DNA from: Armatimonadota bacterium
Lineage (GTDB): Bacteria > Armatimonadota > UBA10988
DNA length: 64,000 nt
NCBI GenBank assembly: GCA_016235455.1
Contig: JACRKZ010000012.1
Span: forward strand, 32,001-96,000
Reading direction: 5' to 3'
The position numbers were made by a program, and so were the translations under genes. A model generated the notes under the pieces. That model made no database searches. It worked only from the letters and a program-made list of their open reading frames with translations, and was not told where the DNA came from. This document shows positions 28,646 to 38,498 of this stretch, piece by piece (position 1 is the first letter of the stretch; each line of letters opens with the position of its first letter).

Positions 28646-30772
28646 ATGAACTGCTTGCTACTGTCAGTGCTGCTGGCCACGGCCAACGCATCACCCAGCT
28701 TGAATGCCAAGGTCAGTTGGCTGGGCAATACCTTCCCCGGCGCGGCGAAGTGGGTCCAGCAGGACATTGCCAGCGTGGCGGTCACGCCCGACGGCGAGGT
28801 CTATACCAGCGTGCCGTGGGATGAGGCCGGCGGCGAGGTCAGCCGCTACAAGGACGGTGACCGGCTCGGCACCGCGCGCCACACCCGCGGCTGGGGCTAC
28901 GACGGCGGTGTCGGCGTCGCGGTCAACAGCAAGTACGTCTACTTCGGTCAGTCGGTGGACTGCGAAGGCGGCGGGCTCAAAGACCCCGACACGTGGCCGG
29001 ACAAGGGCCGGCACTGGTTCGGCGTGTCGCGGCGAAAGCGCGCCGACTTCACTCAGTCTGCGCCGTTCCCCGGTGGCAAGGGCGGCAAGGGCGACACGCT
29101 GCGCGGCGGGTTCCTGGTGGTCAATGACGTGGCCGAAGGTGCCAAGGCGCAGATCGGCGGCCTGTGGGCCACGGAGACCCAGCTCTTCGTCAGCAACCCG
29201 GCCACGGGCAAGGTGCTCGTCTACGATGCCGAGACCATGGCGCCGGTGCGCGAATGGGCTGTCGACAAGCCGGGCTCCATCGCCCAGGACACTGCGGGCC
29301 GGCTGTGGGTGTTGCGCACCACCACGCCGGCCGAGTTGCGCGCCTACAGCGCCGACGGCACGGCGGGCGCGGCCTACACCTTCGAGGCCACGGCCAAGCC
29401 GACCAACCTCTGCGCCGACCGCGGCCGGCTGCTGGTCACCGACTGCGGGCCTAGCCAGCAGGTGCGCATCATCGGTGACCTGGACGGCACACCGCGCGAG
29501 ATTGGCCGCTTCGGCGTACCCGGCGGCATCTACGCCGAGCCGTCGGGCCGGGTCGGGCCGGGCCGGCTGAACATGCCCAGCGCGCTCGGCGTGGACGCCG
29601 CGGGCCGGGTCTACGTGGCCAACGACGGCCAGAGCGGCGGCGGCGGCACGGTATTGCAGTGCTATGAGCCCGACGGCAAGCTGGTCTGGGAGCTGCAGGG
29701 TCTGACCTTCGTCGACGTGGCCGCAGCCGACCCGGTCAATGAGACGGATGTGTTCACCAAGGAGGAGCGCTTCCGCCTGGACTACAGCAAGCCCGCGGGC
29801 CGCGAAGCGACCTACGCCGGCTACACCATCAACCCGTTCCGCTACCCCGACGACCCGCGTCTGCACCTGTGGTCGGGCGGCGCGTGGGTGCGGCGCATCG
29901 AGGGCAGGCGCTTCCTATTCGTGTTGGACATGAACGCCGAGTGGCTGCAGGTCTACCGCTTCGACGCCGCCAGTGGCGAGACGGCCATTCCGTCGGGCAT
30001 GTTCAGCAAGCGCCAGATCCGCGACAAGCAAGGCTGGCCCAACGGCCAACCGGCCCGCGGCGAGTGGATCTGGCGCGACGCCAACGGCAACGGCGCCTTC
30101 GACGAGGGCGAGTATGTGCGCAGTGAACGCGACACGCCGGAATGCCAGGGCTGGTGGGTCGATGCCAAGGGCAACGTCTGGCAGGTCATGGAAAACGAGG
30201 GCATCCGCTGCCTGCCGATGCGCGGGCTCGACGCCAAGGGCAACCCCACTTGGGATCTGACCGAGCCGCGCACCTGGCCCAAGCCCGCCGAGTTTGCCCA
30301 ACTCCGGCGCCTGCGCTACGACTCGGCGACGGACACGATGATCCTGGGCGGCACCACCACCGAACACAAGAACCAGCACTGGAAGCCGATGGGCCCGGTG
30401 ATGGTGCGCTACGATAAGTGGAGCAGCGCCGCGCCGTCCCGCCGCTGGACGTTGGTCGCACCGTATAGCGATGGCGCGCAAGGGCACTTCTCGTGTGAGC
30501 CGATGGGCTTCGATGTCGCCGGCGACTATCTCTTCGTGCCGTATACCGGCGAATCGAAGGAGATGGGCTACGCGTACGGCCATGTGGAGGTCTTCCGGCT
30601 CGACGACGCCTCGCCCGTCGGCCACATGGAGCCGACGCCGGAGATCGGCCAGGTCGGCTTGCAGGACCTGCGCGAAACGATGTCAGCCACGCGCCGCCCC
30701 GACGGCGAGTACGTGATCTTCCTGGAGGACGACTACAAGTCCAAGACGGTTATGTATCGCTGGAAGCCGTAG
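28646..30772 (+). CDS. Secreted NHL/SMP-30-like beta-propeller protein
   Basis: Signal peptide; PSALGVDAAGRVYVAN and similar blades; WRDANGNGAFD. Confidence 0.7.
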   Translation: MNCLLLSVLLATANASPSLNAKVSWLGNTFPGAAKWVQQDIASVAVTPDGEVYTSVPWDEAGGEVSRYKDGDRLGTARHTRGWGYDGGVGVAVNSKYVYFGQSVDCEGGGLKDPDTWPDKGRHWFGVSRRKRADFTQSAPFPGGKGGKGDTLRGGFLVVNDVAEGAKAQIGGLWATETQLFVSNPATGKVLVYDAETMAPVREWAVDKPGSIAQDTAGRLWVLRTTTPAELRAYSADGTAGAAYTFEATAKPTNLCADRGRLLVTDCGPSQQVRIIGDLDGTPREIGRFGVPGGIYAEPSGRVGPGRLNMPSALGVDAAGRVYVANDGQSGGGGTVLQCYEPDGKLVWELQGLTFVDVAAADPVNETDVFTKEERFRLDYSKPAGREATYAGYTINPFRYPDDPRLHLWSGGAWVRRIEGRRFLFVLDMNAEWLQVYRFDAASGETAIPSGMFSKRQIRDKQGWPNGQPARGEWIWRDANGNGAFDEGEYVRSERDTPECQGWWVDAKGNVWQVMENEGIRCLPMRGLDAKGNPTWDLTEPRTWPKPAEFAQLRRLRYDSATDTMILGGTTTEHKNQHWKPMGPVMVRYDKWSSAAPSRRWTLVAPYSDGAQGHFSCEPMGFDVAGDYLFVPYTGESKEMGYAYGHVEVFRLDDASPVGHMEPTPEIGQVGLQDLRETMSATRRPDGEYVIFLEDDYKSKTVMYRWKP

Positions 30773-30776
30773 GCGG

Positions 30777-30874
30777 CAGTGTCAGGGGCCTCTCGCAATT
30801 AGCGGTGTCAGGGACCGATTTCACGCGTGAAAACGGTCCCTGACACCGTTAATAGCGAGAGGCCCCTGACACTG
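30777..30874. repeat. 98-bp spacerless near-perfect palindrome between convergent genes
   Basis: 49-bp arms with 3 mismatches, centre CACG|CGTG; each arm has two GTGTCAGGGRCC units. Confidence 0.92.
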
Positions 30875-30892
30875 TTCCTTCCGGCGCCGCCG

Positions 30893-32404
30893 CTACATCA
30901 ACTCCGGCAACTCCTTGCCGCGGTCGAACAACAGCACCAGATCAGCCAACTTGGCCGCCAGCTCCGCCGGCGCGTCCTCGCTCATGCGCCAGGCCCAGTT
31001 GGCCGCGGCCACGCCGGGCGTGTTCATGCGGGCCTCGCTGCCCAGGCCGAGCGCGTCCTGCAGCGGGAAGATGGCCACGTCGGCCGCCGAACTGAGCGCG
31101 AGGCGGATCATCGTCCAGGAGATGTCCTTCGGCTCGCCGCCCAGGTAGGCCTTGGCCTTGGTCTTCTCGGCGCGGGTAGCGGTCTTCCACCAGCTGCGGG
31201 TGGTGTCGTTGTCGTGAGTGCCGGTGTAGACCACGGTGTTGGTCGGGTAGAGGTGCGGCAGGTAGAAGTTGGCGCCCTGGTGGAAGGCGAACTGCAGCAC
31301 CCTCATACCGGGGAATCCGAAGCGGTCGCGCAGCGCCTTGACCTCGGGCGTGATGATGCCCAGGTCCTCGGCGATGATGGACAGGTCGCCCAGCTCCTGC
31401 CACAGCCGCAGGAAGAACTCCTCGCCGGGCGACTTGACCCACTCGCCGCCGATGGCGGTCTCGTCACCGGCCGGCACGCGCCAGTAGGACTCGAAGCCGC
31501 GGAAATGGTCGAGCCGCACGGCATCGACCAGGCTGAGCGTGTTGCGGAACCGCGCGAACCACCACCCGAAGTTGTCCCACTGGTTGGCCTGCCAGTCATA
31601 CAGCGGGTTGCCCCACAGCTGGCCGGTGGCGCAGAAGTAGTCGGGTGGCACGCCGGCCACGGCCAGCGGCGTGCCGTCGGGCTCCAACTGGAAGAGGTGG
31701 CGGTTGCACCACACGTCGGCGCTGTCGTAGGCCACGAAGATGGGCACGTCGCCAACGATGCTCACGCCGTTGTCGGCCGCGTACGCCTTCAGCTCGCCCC
31801 ATTGTCGCCGGAACATGAACTGGCAGAACAGGTGGTAGCCCACCGAGTCGGCGAGCTTGTCGCGCCAGCCGGCGAGGGCCGCGGGATCACGGAAGGCCGC
31901 GCCAGGCTCCCAGGTGTTCCAGACCGCGCCGTCGTGGGCCTCCTTGAGCGCGGCGAACAGCGCGTAGTCGTGGGCCCAGCCGCCGATCTCGGGCCGTGCG
32001 AACAGCTCCTCGGCCTCGCTGGCCAGCTCGGGCACGGCGCCCGCCGCATAGCGCTGGTAGGCGCGCTGCAGCAACTCGCGCTTGTAGCCGATGACCCAGC
32101 CGTAGTCGACCTGACCCACGGGAAAGTCGGGCACGGCGTCGAGTTCGGCCTGGGTCAGCAGGCCTTGGGCGGCCAGCAACTCGGGGCTGATCAGCAGCGG
32201 ATTGCCGGCAAACGCGCTGTGGCAGGAGTACGGCGAGTCGCCGTAGCCCGTGGGACCCAGCGGCAGAACTTGCCACAGCTTCTGCTCGGCGGCGGCCAGG
32301 AAGTCGACCCAGCGGTAGGCTGCCGGACCCACATCACCGATGCCGAAACGGCCTGGCAGCGAGGTCGGATGCAGCAGGATTCCAGAAGCACGCTCAAAAG
32401 CCAT
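30893..32404 (-). CDS. malQ: 4-alpha-glucanotransferase (amylomaltase, GH77)
   Basis: GILLHPTSLP, WQVLPLGP, GQLWGNPLY, RLDHFRG, IAEDLG, YTGTHDN, RMNTPG. Confidence 0.96.
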   Translation of the reverse strand: MAFERASGILLHPTSLPGRFGIGDVGPAAYRWVDFLAAAEQKLWQVLPLGPTGYGDSPYSCHSAFAGNPLLISPELLAAQGLLTQAELDAVPDFPVGQVDYGWVIGYKRELLQRAYQRYAAGAVPELASEAEELFARPEIGGWAHDYALFAALKEAHDGAVWNTWEPGAAFRDPAALAGWRDKLADSVGYHLFCQFMFRRQWGELKAYAADNGVSIVGDVPIFVAYDSADVWCNRHLFQLEPDGTPLAVAGVPPDYFCATGQLWGNPLYDWQANQWDNFGWWFARFRNTLSLVDAVRLDHFRGFESYWRVPAGDETAIGGEWVKSPGEEFFLRLWQELGDLSIIAEDLGIITPEVKALRDRFGFPGMRVLQFAFHQGANFYLPHLYPTNTVVYTGTHDNDTTRSWWKTATRAEKTKAKAYLGGEPKDISWTMIRLALSSAADVAIFPLQDALGLGSEARMNTPGVAAANWAWRMSEDAPAELAAKLADLVLLFDRGKELPELM

Positions 32405-32630
32405 CCGCGGTCTCCCGGCCGGCTGGGCGCTCCCAGTCGGGCAGCCAGCGAGGTGAATGTACCATAGCCTGCCGACACCTGTCGCCGATCCTGTCGAGGA
32501 TAGCCCGTCCGCCGTAACCACGGCACCCCAGGAGTCGTCTTGTCTGTCATCAGCGTGACGCAAGTGGCTTGTTCTGGCGATAGTGTAATGGTCGATCCGG
32601 GTAGAAGATCAGGATAGATGGCAGAGACCG

Positions 32631-33290
32631 ATGCAAGGCACAGGCTGGACCGACATTGCAGAGCGATGGCAAGCCGCCAATCAGGGCGGCTGGCTGGTCG
32701 TCGGCCACTGGCGCCGTGAACACTGCGCGCTGGCCTGGCGCGATGTGCGCGCGGTGACCTGGGTGTCCGAATGGGGCCGCTGGGCGCAGCCCACGGTGCT
32801 CATCGAACACAACTTTGGTCAGAACGCCTACCCTTGCCACGAAGTAGCCGCGCAGCGGCTGCGCCATTGGTGGCGCGAGGCCCGCGATCAGCGGGTCCAG
32901 GTGCCGCGCTGGCGCGAAGTGGCCCAGGTCCTCGACGACCCCGGCCGGCATGGCGGGCGCCGCTGGATGAGCCGGCTGGTGCTGGCCGTGGGCGACCAGG
33001 AGGCCTTTGTGCTCGGCGGGCTCGATACCGTAGCCGCGCCCGGCCGCCTGCACCAGCTCAGCTTCGAGTTCGCCGATCCCGCCCTGGCCACCGCGCTCGA
33101 GGCGCCGCCTGTCGCCACCGCCGGTGAATGGCGGCTGCACGAGGGAGTGGGCACCTATGTCTTCGACTGGTGCCGCCCGACCTTCGGCCGCCGACACGGC
33201 TCGCTGACCGGCGTGCTGGCCATCGACCACTTCCGCGGCGAGATGGACGCCCCGATGGCGCCCAGCGGTCCGCACGCCGGCGTGCTCTGA
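32631..33290 (+). CDS. Hypothetical protein (Trp-rich)
   Basis: Only sensible ORF between malQ and the PBP gene; coding-like codons; no recognised motif. Confidence 0.5.
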   Translation: MQGTGWTDIAERWQAANQGGWLVVGHWRREHCALAWRDVRAVTWVSEWGRWAQPTVLIEHNFGQNAYPCHEVAAQRLRHWWREARDQRVQVPRWREVAQVLDDPGRHGGRRWMSRLVLAVGDQEAFVLGGLDTVAAPGRLHQLSFEFADPALATALEAPPVATAGEWRLHEGVGTYVFDWCRPTFGRRHGSLTGVLAIDHFRGEMDAPMAPSGPHAGVL

Positions 33291-33329
33291 TCCGGCAACC
33301 CGCGCCAAAGCGTGGCCTCTAAACTCCCG

Positions 33330-34892
33330 ATGGATTACGCGCTGGCGCTCTGGCGGCTGGTTTGCCTGGCGATTCTGGCGCTGGTGGTGTTCCCGCTGCT
33401 GCGTTGTCGGCGGCCAGCCGGCGCGCCTCCGGCGCCGAAGTCGTTGGCCGCCTTCTCGGGCGTGGTCTCGCTCGGCTTCGCGCTGGTCCTCGCGCTGCAG
33501 GCGCTCTGGGCCCTGGCGCCCGAGGTGAGCAGCGGCTACCGCGCCTGCGCCACGCTCGACCGCCGCACCTATCGCCTGCGTTCGCCCCACGACCGGCGCG
33601 CCCTGGCCGACCGCGCCGGCACGCCCCTGGTCGTCAACGTCACCTCCGAGGCCGGCATCGTCCGCCAGCACATCTTCGGCTCGCGCATCGCGCATCTGCT
33701 CGGCTACCACCACGCCCGCTTCGGCCAGACCGGCGCCGAGGCCGCCTGCAACACCGAGCTGTCCACCGCGCGCCGGCCAGCCTGGGCCATCCTTGGCAGC
33801 CTGGGCCAGCCGGGCAACCCACTCACCTCGCCGCTGCGGCTGACGCTCGACACCGCCATCCAGTGTGCCGCCGCCGAGGCGCTCAACGGCAGGATCGGCG
33901 CCGTGGTGGTGCTGGCGCCGACCACGGGCGAAGTGCTGGCCTTGGCCTCGGCGCCCAGCTTCGATCCCGACAGCCTGACCCAGGCGTCGTTCAGGCAACT
34001 GCGCGACGACGCCCGTCGGCCGCTGCTCAACCGTGCTCTGGCAGGGCTCTATCCGCCGGGCTCCACCTATAAGCCCGTCACCGCTGCCGCGCTGCTGGCC
34101 CAAGGCTACGGGCCCGGCACTGCGGTCACCGTGCCGCCCGAAGGTTACACGCCGCCCGGCGACAGCCAGCCCATCCGCGACCACGAAGCATCGGAGGCCG
34201 CGCGCACCGGCCACGCCTGGGCCGGCCACGGGCGCCTGGACATGCGCGCCGCCATGGCCATGAGCGCCAATGGCTACTTTGCGGCGCTGGGCAACCGGCT
34301 CGGTGGTGCTGCCCTCTGTGAGGCCGGCCGCGCCTTCGGCATCGACCGGCCCTGGGCGCTGACGCCCGACGGCTGGCAGACCGACGACTTGCTGGCCCGA
34401 CCCGGCACGCTGCCTGACCCGCGCGATCGGCCGGCGGTCGTGGCGCGCGCCGCCATCGGACAGGGTCGCGTGCTGGTCACGCCGCTGCACATGGCGCTGG
34501 TGGCCGCCGCCGTGGCCAACCACGGCCAGCTCATGCCGCCACGGCTGCTGCTCGAGGCACCCGCGGCGCAACCGCTGGTGGTCATGACCGCGCCCATCGC
34601 CGACAAGGTGGCCGGGCTGATGCGCTGCGCGGTGACCGATCCGCGCGGCACGGCCCGCGGCCTGCGCATGGGCGCCATCCCGGTCGCCGCCAAGACCGGC
34701 AGCGCCGAGAACGACAAAGGCGCGCCCCATGCCTGGGTCATCGGCTTTGCGCCCAGCGATCGGCCGCGCCTGGCGTTCGCCGTGCTCGTCGAGCATGGCG
34801 GCGCTGGCAGCAAGGCGGCCGTACCCATCGCCCGCGCCGTGCTCGAGGCCGCGCGCCGCGGCGGCTGGCTGGCCGCGGGAGGCACGCCATGA
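33330..34892 (+). CDS. Class B penicillin-binding protein (PbpA-like transpeptidase)
   Basis: TLD, TGEVLA, YPPGSTYK (SxxK), SAN (SxN), KTG, HAWVIGFAP. Confidence 0.9.
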   Translation: MDYALALWRLVCLAILALVVFPLLRCRRPAGAPPAPKSLAAFSGVVSLGFALVLALQALWALAPEVSSGYRACATLDRRTYRLRSPHDRRALADRAGTPLVVNVTSEAGIVRQHIFGSRIAHLLGYHHARFGQTGAEAACNTELSTARRPAWAILGSLGQPGNPLTSPLRLTLDTAIQCAAAEALNGRIGAVVVLAPTTGEVLALASAPSFDPDSLTQASFRQLRDDARRPLLNRALAGLYPPGSTYKPVTAAALLAQGYGPGTAVTVPPEGYTPPGDSQPIRDHEASEAARTGHAWAGHGRLDMRAAMAMSANGYFAALGNRLGGAALCEAGRAFGIDRPWALTPDGWQTDDLLARPGTLPDPRDRPAVVARAAIGQGRVLVTPLHMALVAAAVANHGQLMPPRLLLEAPAAQPLVVMTAPIADKVAGLMRCAVTDPRGTARGLRMGAIPVAAKTGSAENDKGAPHAWVIGFAPSDRPRLAFAVLVEHGGAGSKAAVPIARAVLEAARRGGWLAAGGTP

Positions 34893-35158
34893 GCCGCCGA
34901 GCGATCTGGCGCTTCCATTGGCCGGTCAGTGCCGCCAGTGCCGGTACGCCAATCTCCAGATTGGCATCGGCCGGCGGCGAAGCCGCAGGCCGACACCGCG
35001 GCGGCTCGGTGGCAGACGGTGGTCCCGCGGACCACTGCCAATCTGGAGATTGGCGTACCGGCATTGTCGGCGCTCATCGTGGGTGGATTCGCCATTCGAC
35101 CATAGCCGGTACAACCAGCGTGCTCGCCGCGCTGGTTGCTCGCGGAGGCACGCCATGA
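34889..35158 (+). other. 266-bp insert forming an 89-codon ORF between duplicated gene junctions
   Basis: 17-bp direct repeat GGAGGCACGCCATGAGC at 34878-34894 and 35144-35160; ATGA overlaps at both ends. Confidence 0.7.
34936..35066. repeat. Inverted pair of 31-bp REP-like hairpin units (REPIN-like)
   Basis: CAGTGCCGGTACGCCAATCTCCAGATTGGCA (34936-34966) and its reverse complement with 1 mismatch (35036-35066); each unit has an internal GCCAATCT/AGATTGGC hairpin. Confidence 0.88.
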
Positions 35159-36594
35159 GCAGGCCCGCCGACCGCCGACACGAGGGCCGCTGGCTGCGAC
35201 AGGTCGGCTGGTGCCTGGCTGCCTTCTATGTCGCGCTGGCCGGCCATCGCTGGCTGCGCGGCGGCGTGGCCTTCGACCCGCGCGAGGTGGCGGTGCTGGG
35301 CGGGTTCATCGGCGGGCTGCACCTGCTGCACGAAGCCCTGGCCGCCACGCGCCTGCGCGGCGACCAGGCGGTGGTGCCGCTGGTCGGCCTGCTGACCGGC
35401 CTGGGCCTGCTCATGCGCCTGCGGCTGGCCACGCCGGAGACCGCCTGGAACTGGCACGAATGGCTGATCATCCCGGCGGCGCTGGCCGCGCTGGCCGGCT
35501 CGGTCTGGGCCTGTCGACGCCATCTGACCACGGTCGAGGCCGCCGGCTGGCTGGCCGGGTTCCTGGCGCTCGGGCTATTGCTGTTCGTCGTACGCCATGG
35601 CGTGAGCTTCCGCGGCGCCACCTTCGGGCCTGGGCGCACGACACCCACCGAGCTGCTCAAGCCACTCATGGTCATCTGCCTGGCGGGCTTCCTCAAGCGG
35701 CCGCGCGCGCTGTGGGAGCTGACGATCTTCGGCGCGCTGTTCAGCGCTGTACTGTTGCTGCTGGTCAAGCAGAGCGATCTGGGCATGGTGGTCATCCTCG
35801 GCGCGCTGACGCTGAGCCTGTGGTTCGTGAGCACGGGCCAGAGCCGCTGGCTGCTGGTGGGGCTGAGTGGCGCGGCGGTGGTGTTGCTGCTGCTGAGCAT
35901 GGGCGGCTCGTCGTTGCTGGGCTCGGCGGCGCAGCGGCCGCAGCGGCGGGTGGATGCCTGGCTCGACCCCTGGCAAGATCCGCACGGCAACGGCTACCAG
36001 ACCATGCAGGCCGTGTTTGCCCAGCGCGCCGGTGGGCTCGACGGCGCCGGCCTGGGCGGTGGCCAGGCGCAGTTGGTGCCGCTGGTGCGCAGCGACTTCG
36101 CCTGGGCCGAGTTGGCCGAAGACCTGGGTCTGATGGGCTGCGCGCTGGTGCTATGCGCCTATCTGGCCCTGTACCGTCGCGGCTACCGCATCGCCTCGCT
36201 GGCCGAGCATCCATTCCGTCAGCGCCTGGCCGTGGGCTGTGTGACCGTGCTGGCCATCCAAACACTGCTCAATCTGGGCGGCGTGGTTCGACTCGTGCCC
36301 ATCACCGGTATCACACTGCCGTTCATCTCGCACGGAGGCAGCTCGTTGCTGGTATCCTATTGCCTCATCGGGCTGCTGCTGGCCGTGGGTGACGACCTGG
36401 AATTCGCCGAGACCAGCGCCCGGCCCGGGAGACGTGACGGTGCGGCATTGGCGACCCCTGCTGACAGCGAGCTTGGTGCTGGCGCTGGCTTCGACAGCGC
36501 GTGCGGAGCGATTGGAGCTCCTGGTGCGCCGCGCCGGCCGGCCGGTGGCAGGCGTCGTGGTGCGTCTGGTGCCCCGCACGGACGTGCCGACTGA
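35155..36594 (+). CDS. SEDS family peptidoglycan polymerase (RodA/FtsW)
   Basis: PTELLK, QSDLG, AWLDPW, GYQ, GGLDGAGLG, SDF..AELAEDLG, PITGITLPFISHGGSS. Confidence 0.92.
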   Translation: MSRPADRRHEGRWLRQVGWCLAAFYVALAGHRWLRGGVAFDPREVAVLGGFIGGLHLLHEALAATRLRGDQAVVPLVGLLTGLGLLMRLRLATPETAWNWHEWLIIPAALAALAGSVWACRRHLTTVEAAGWLAGFLALGLLLFVVRHGVSFRGATFGPGRTTPTELLKPLMVICLAGFLKRPRALWELTIFGALFSAVLLLLVKQSDLGMVVILGALTLSLWFVSTGQSRWLLVGLSGAAVVLLLLSMGGSSLLGSAAQRPQRRVDAWLDPWQDPHGNGYQTMQAVFAQRAGGLDGAGLGGGQAQLVPLVRSDFAWAELAEDLGLMGCALVLCAYLALYRRGYRIASLAEHPFRQRLAVGCVTVLAIQTLLNLGGVVRLVPITGITLPFISHGGSSLLVSYCLIGLLLAVGDDLEFAETSARPGRRDGAALATPADSELGAGAGFDSACGAIGAPGAPRRPAGGRRRGASGAPHGRAD

Positions 36595-38377
36595 CCTGCC
36601 CGGCGGCACCTGCGCCCAGGGCGTGACCGATGCCGCGGGCCGCTGCGCGTTTGACCCCGTGGACCGCGGACCCTACCGCGCGCTGCTCTATGACGGCGCG
36701 CTGCCCGTGGTGCAGACGCCGGTCGACTTCCCGTCCAAGGGCAGTTCGCGCGGCATCGTCGAGCTGCCCGCGCGCGGCGAGCCCACCAGCCTCAAACTCG
36801 GTGTGACGCCCGTGGTGCCCGCCGGCCACGCCGCGACCATCGATATCGCCGCGGTCGATGCCGACGGCGCGCCGGCCCGCGAGGGCGCCTGGGTGGAGGT
36901 CACCGCCGCGTCGGGCACGCTGCGTTTCGGCGGCGAAGCCGGCCGCAGCCTCACGCTCTCGCTCCACGGCGGCCGGCTGCACGGCACCTTGACCTGCGCC
37001 GACGAGGGCAAGGTGGAGGTCAAGGCGACCTGCCTCTCGACCACCGAGATCGCCGACGTGATCTTCCACGGACGGCCCGCCTACCTGGAACTGGATACCG
37101 GCACCAAGGAACGCACCTACACCCAGGCCCACACGCCGCCGGGCGAGGACATCCCCATCTGCGTGCGCGCCCGCGACATCGACGGCCGGCCCGTGCCGGG
37201 CGTGCCCTACGAGCTGACCTATCGGCCGCTGCCCGACGGCAAGGCCAGCCGCACCCGGGGCGTCACCGGGCCGACCGGCGAAAGCCTGGTCTTCGGCCGC
37301 ACCGGCGCCGAGCCCGGCCGCTACCGCGCGGTGGTGCGCTCGGACCGGCTGCAGGTCTCCGAAGACTATCTCACCGCCACGCCCATCGACCGCTGGATCG
37401 GCCTGCAGCTCACCTGGTCGGGCGGCGCGGGCGACCTCGAGGCCAAGCTGCACGAGAAGGACGACGACGCCGGCGGCAAAGACCTGCTGTTCGCCGCCGA
37501 GCCCGCCGGCCGCGTGCTGGTGGTCGACGCCGACGGCGCGCCGCTGACCCGCCTGGCCACCAACGAGGACGGCGTGGTCAACGCCAAGCTGGTGCGCGTC
37601 GCCCCGGGCGCGGTGACGGTCGCCGTCTCCACCGAGGATGGCCTGCTGAGCTGGCGCGCCGTGGGCGATGCCGAAACCTACCTGGGTGGCGACGCCCTGA
37701 CCTATGACCCGCCTTGGCCCGACAGTGAATACGAACTGGCGCCGGGCGCGCACGACGCCGCCCCGCTCGAGGCGCAGAAGCTGCCGCTGGCACTGCCGTT
37801 CGGCGACGGCTTCGGCCTGAGCGTGAGCCGCCTCGAAGCACCTCGCGCCGGCTTGCCCGAATGGCTCGTCTACCGCTTCGACCGTGACCATGTCGCGCGC
37901 CATCTGCTGGCTGACGGGCAGCGCCTGGGGCCCGTGCGCCTGCTGGAGGCGCCGCGCCGCCTGGTGATACCGTACCGCGCCGCGGGCAATCCCGATGGGT
38001 CGTTTGCCCTGCGCCTGCACGAGCCGGTCATGGGCGAGACGCAGGAGATTGACATCACGCCGCGGCCGCTGGCACTGCTGGGCGGCGTGGGCCGCGTGTG
38101 GGACATCACACCCGACGGCAAGAGCGTGCTGGTGAGCTCCAAGCCGGTCTACAGCAAGCCCGCCGTGGTCGGTGTCTGGCTGCTCAGCACGTTTGGTAGC
38201 GGCCAACTGGTGGCCCGCGACTGGCAGACCGTCACTGCCGCCGCGCTCGTGCCCGAGGGAGTCCTGGTGAGCGGCACGCCGCCGGAGGGTGTGACCAGCC
38301 CCGCGCTCTATCGCCTCAAGCCGGCGCCGCCGGTCGAGAAGACAGACACGGAGACCAAGCCGGAGGGCCAAGAGTGA
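36434..38377 (+). CDS. Secreted multi-Ig-like/beta-sandwich protein
   Basis: GGGAGA RBS + GTG; signal LLTASLVLALASTARA; repeated GRPVAGV / TDAAG / GRPVPGV / TNEDG motifs. Confidence 0.7.
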   Translation: MTVRHWRPLLTASLVLALASTARAERLELLVRRAGRPVAGVVVRLVPRTDVPTDLPGGTCAQGVTDAAGRCAFDPVDRGPYRALLYDGALPVVQTPVDFPSKGSSRGIVELPARGEPTSLKLGVTPVVPAGHAATIDIAAVDADGAPAREGAWVEVTAASGTLRFGGEAGRSLTLSLHGGRLHGTLTCADEGKVEVKATCLSTTEIADVIFHGRPAYLELDTGTKERTYTQAHTPPGEDIPICVRARDIDGRPVPGVPYELTYRPLPDGKASRTRGVTGPTGESLVFGRTGAEPGRYRAVVRSDRLQVSEDYLTATPIDRWIGLQLTWSGGAGDLEAKLHEKDDDAGGKDLLFAAEPAGRVLVVDADGAPLTRLATNEDGVVNAKLVRVAPGAVTVAVSTEDGLLSWRAVGDAETYLGGDALTYDPPWPDSEYELAPGAHDAAPLEAQKLPLALPFGDGFGLSVSRLEAPRAGLPEWLVYRFDRDHVARHLLADGQRLGPVRLLEAPRRLVIPYRAAGNPDGSFALRLHEPVMGETQEIDITPRPLALLGGVGRVWDITPDGKSVLVSSKPVYSKPAVVGVWLLSTFGSGQLVARDWQTVTAAALVPEGVLVSGTPPEGVTSPALYRLKPAPPVEKTDTETKPEGQE

Positions 38378-38384
38378 GGGATGA

Positions 38385-38457
38385 TGCGCCAGGAAGGACT
38401 CGAACCTTCGACCATCGGATTAAAAGTCCGTTGCTCTACCGACTGAGCTACTGGCGC
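38385..38457 (-). tRNA. tRNA-Lys (anticodon UUU), CCA not encoded
   Basis: Reverse complement GCGCCAG TA GCTCAGTCGGTAGAGC A ACGGA CTTTTAA TCCGA TGGTC GAAGG TTCGAGT CCTTC CTGGCGC A folds as a cloverleaf. Confidence 0.96.
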
Positions 38458-38469
38458 TCGGCGGCTGGC

Positions 38470-38498
38470 AGTCTAGCATCGGGTTTGGCTCTGGTCAA
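38470..38498 (-). promoter_or_regulatory. Sigma70 promoter of the tRNA
   Basis: Minus strand TTGACC-17 bp-TAGACT with TGn extension, 12 nt upstream of the tRNA. Confidence 0.75.

Noticed and set aside
34729-35154. Long N-terminal extension of RodA in the ORF track
   Set aside because: It overlaps the PBP and the REP insert; RBS + ATG at 35155 fits better.
38385-38457. tRNA as an integration site of a genomic island
   Set aside because: No duplicated tRNA 3' end, integrase or obvious compositional break in the window.
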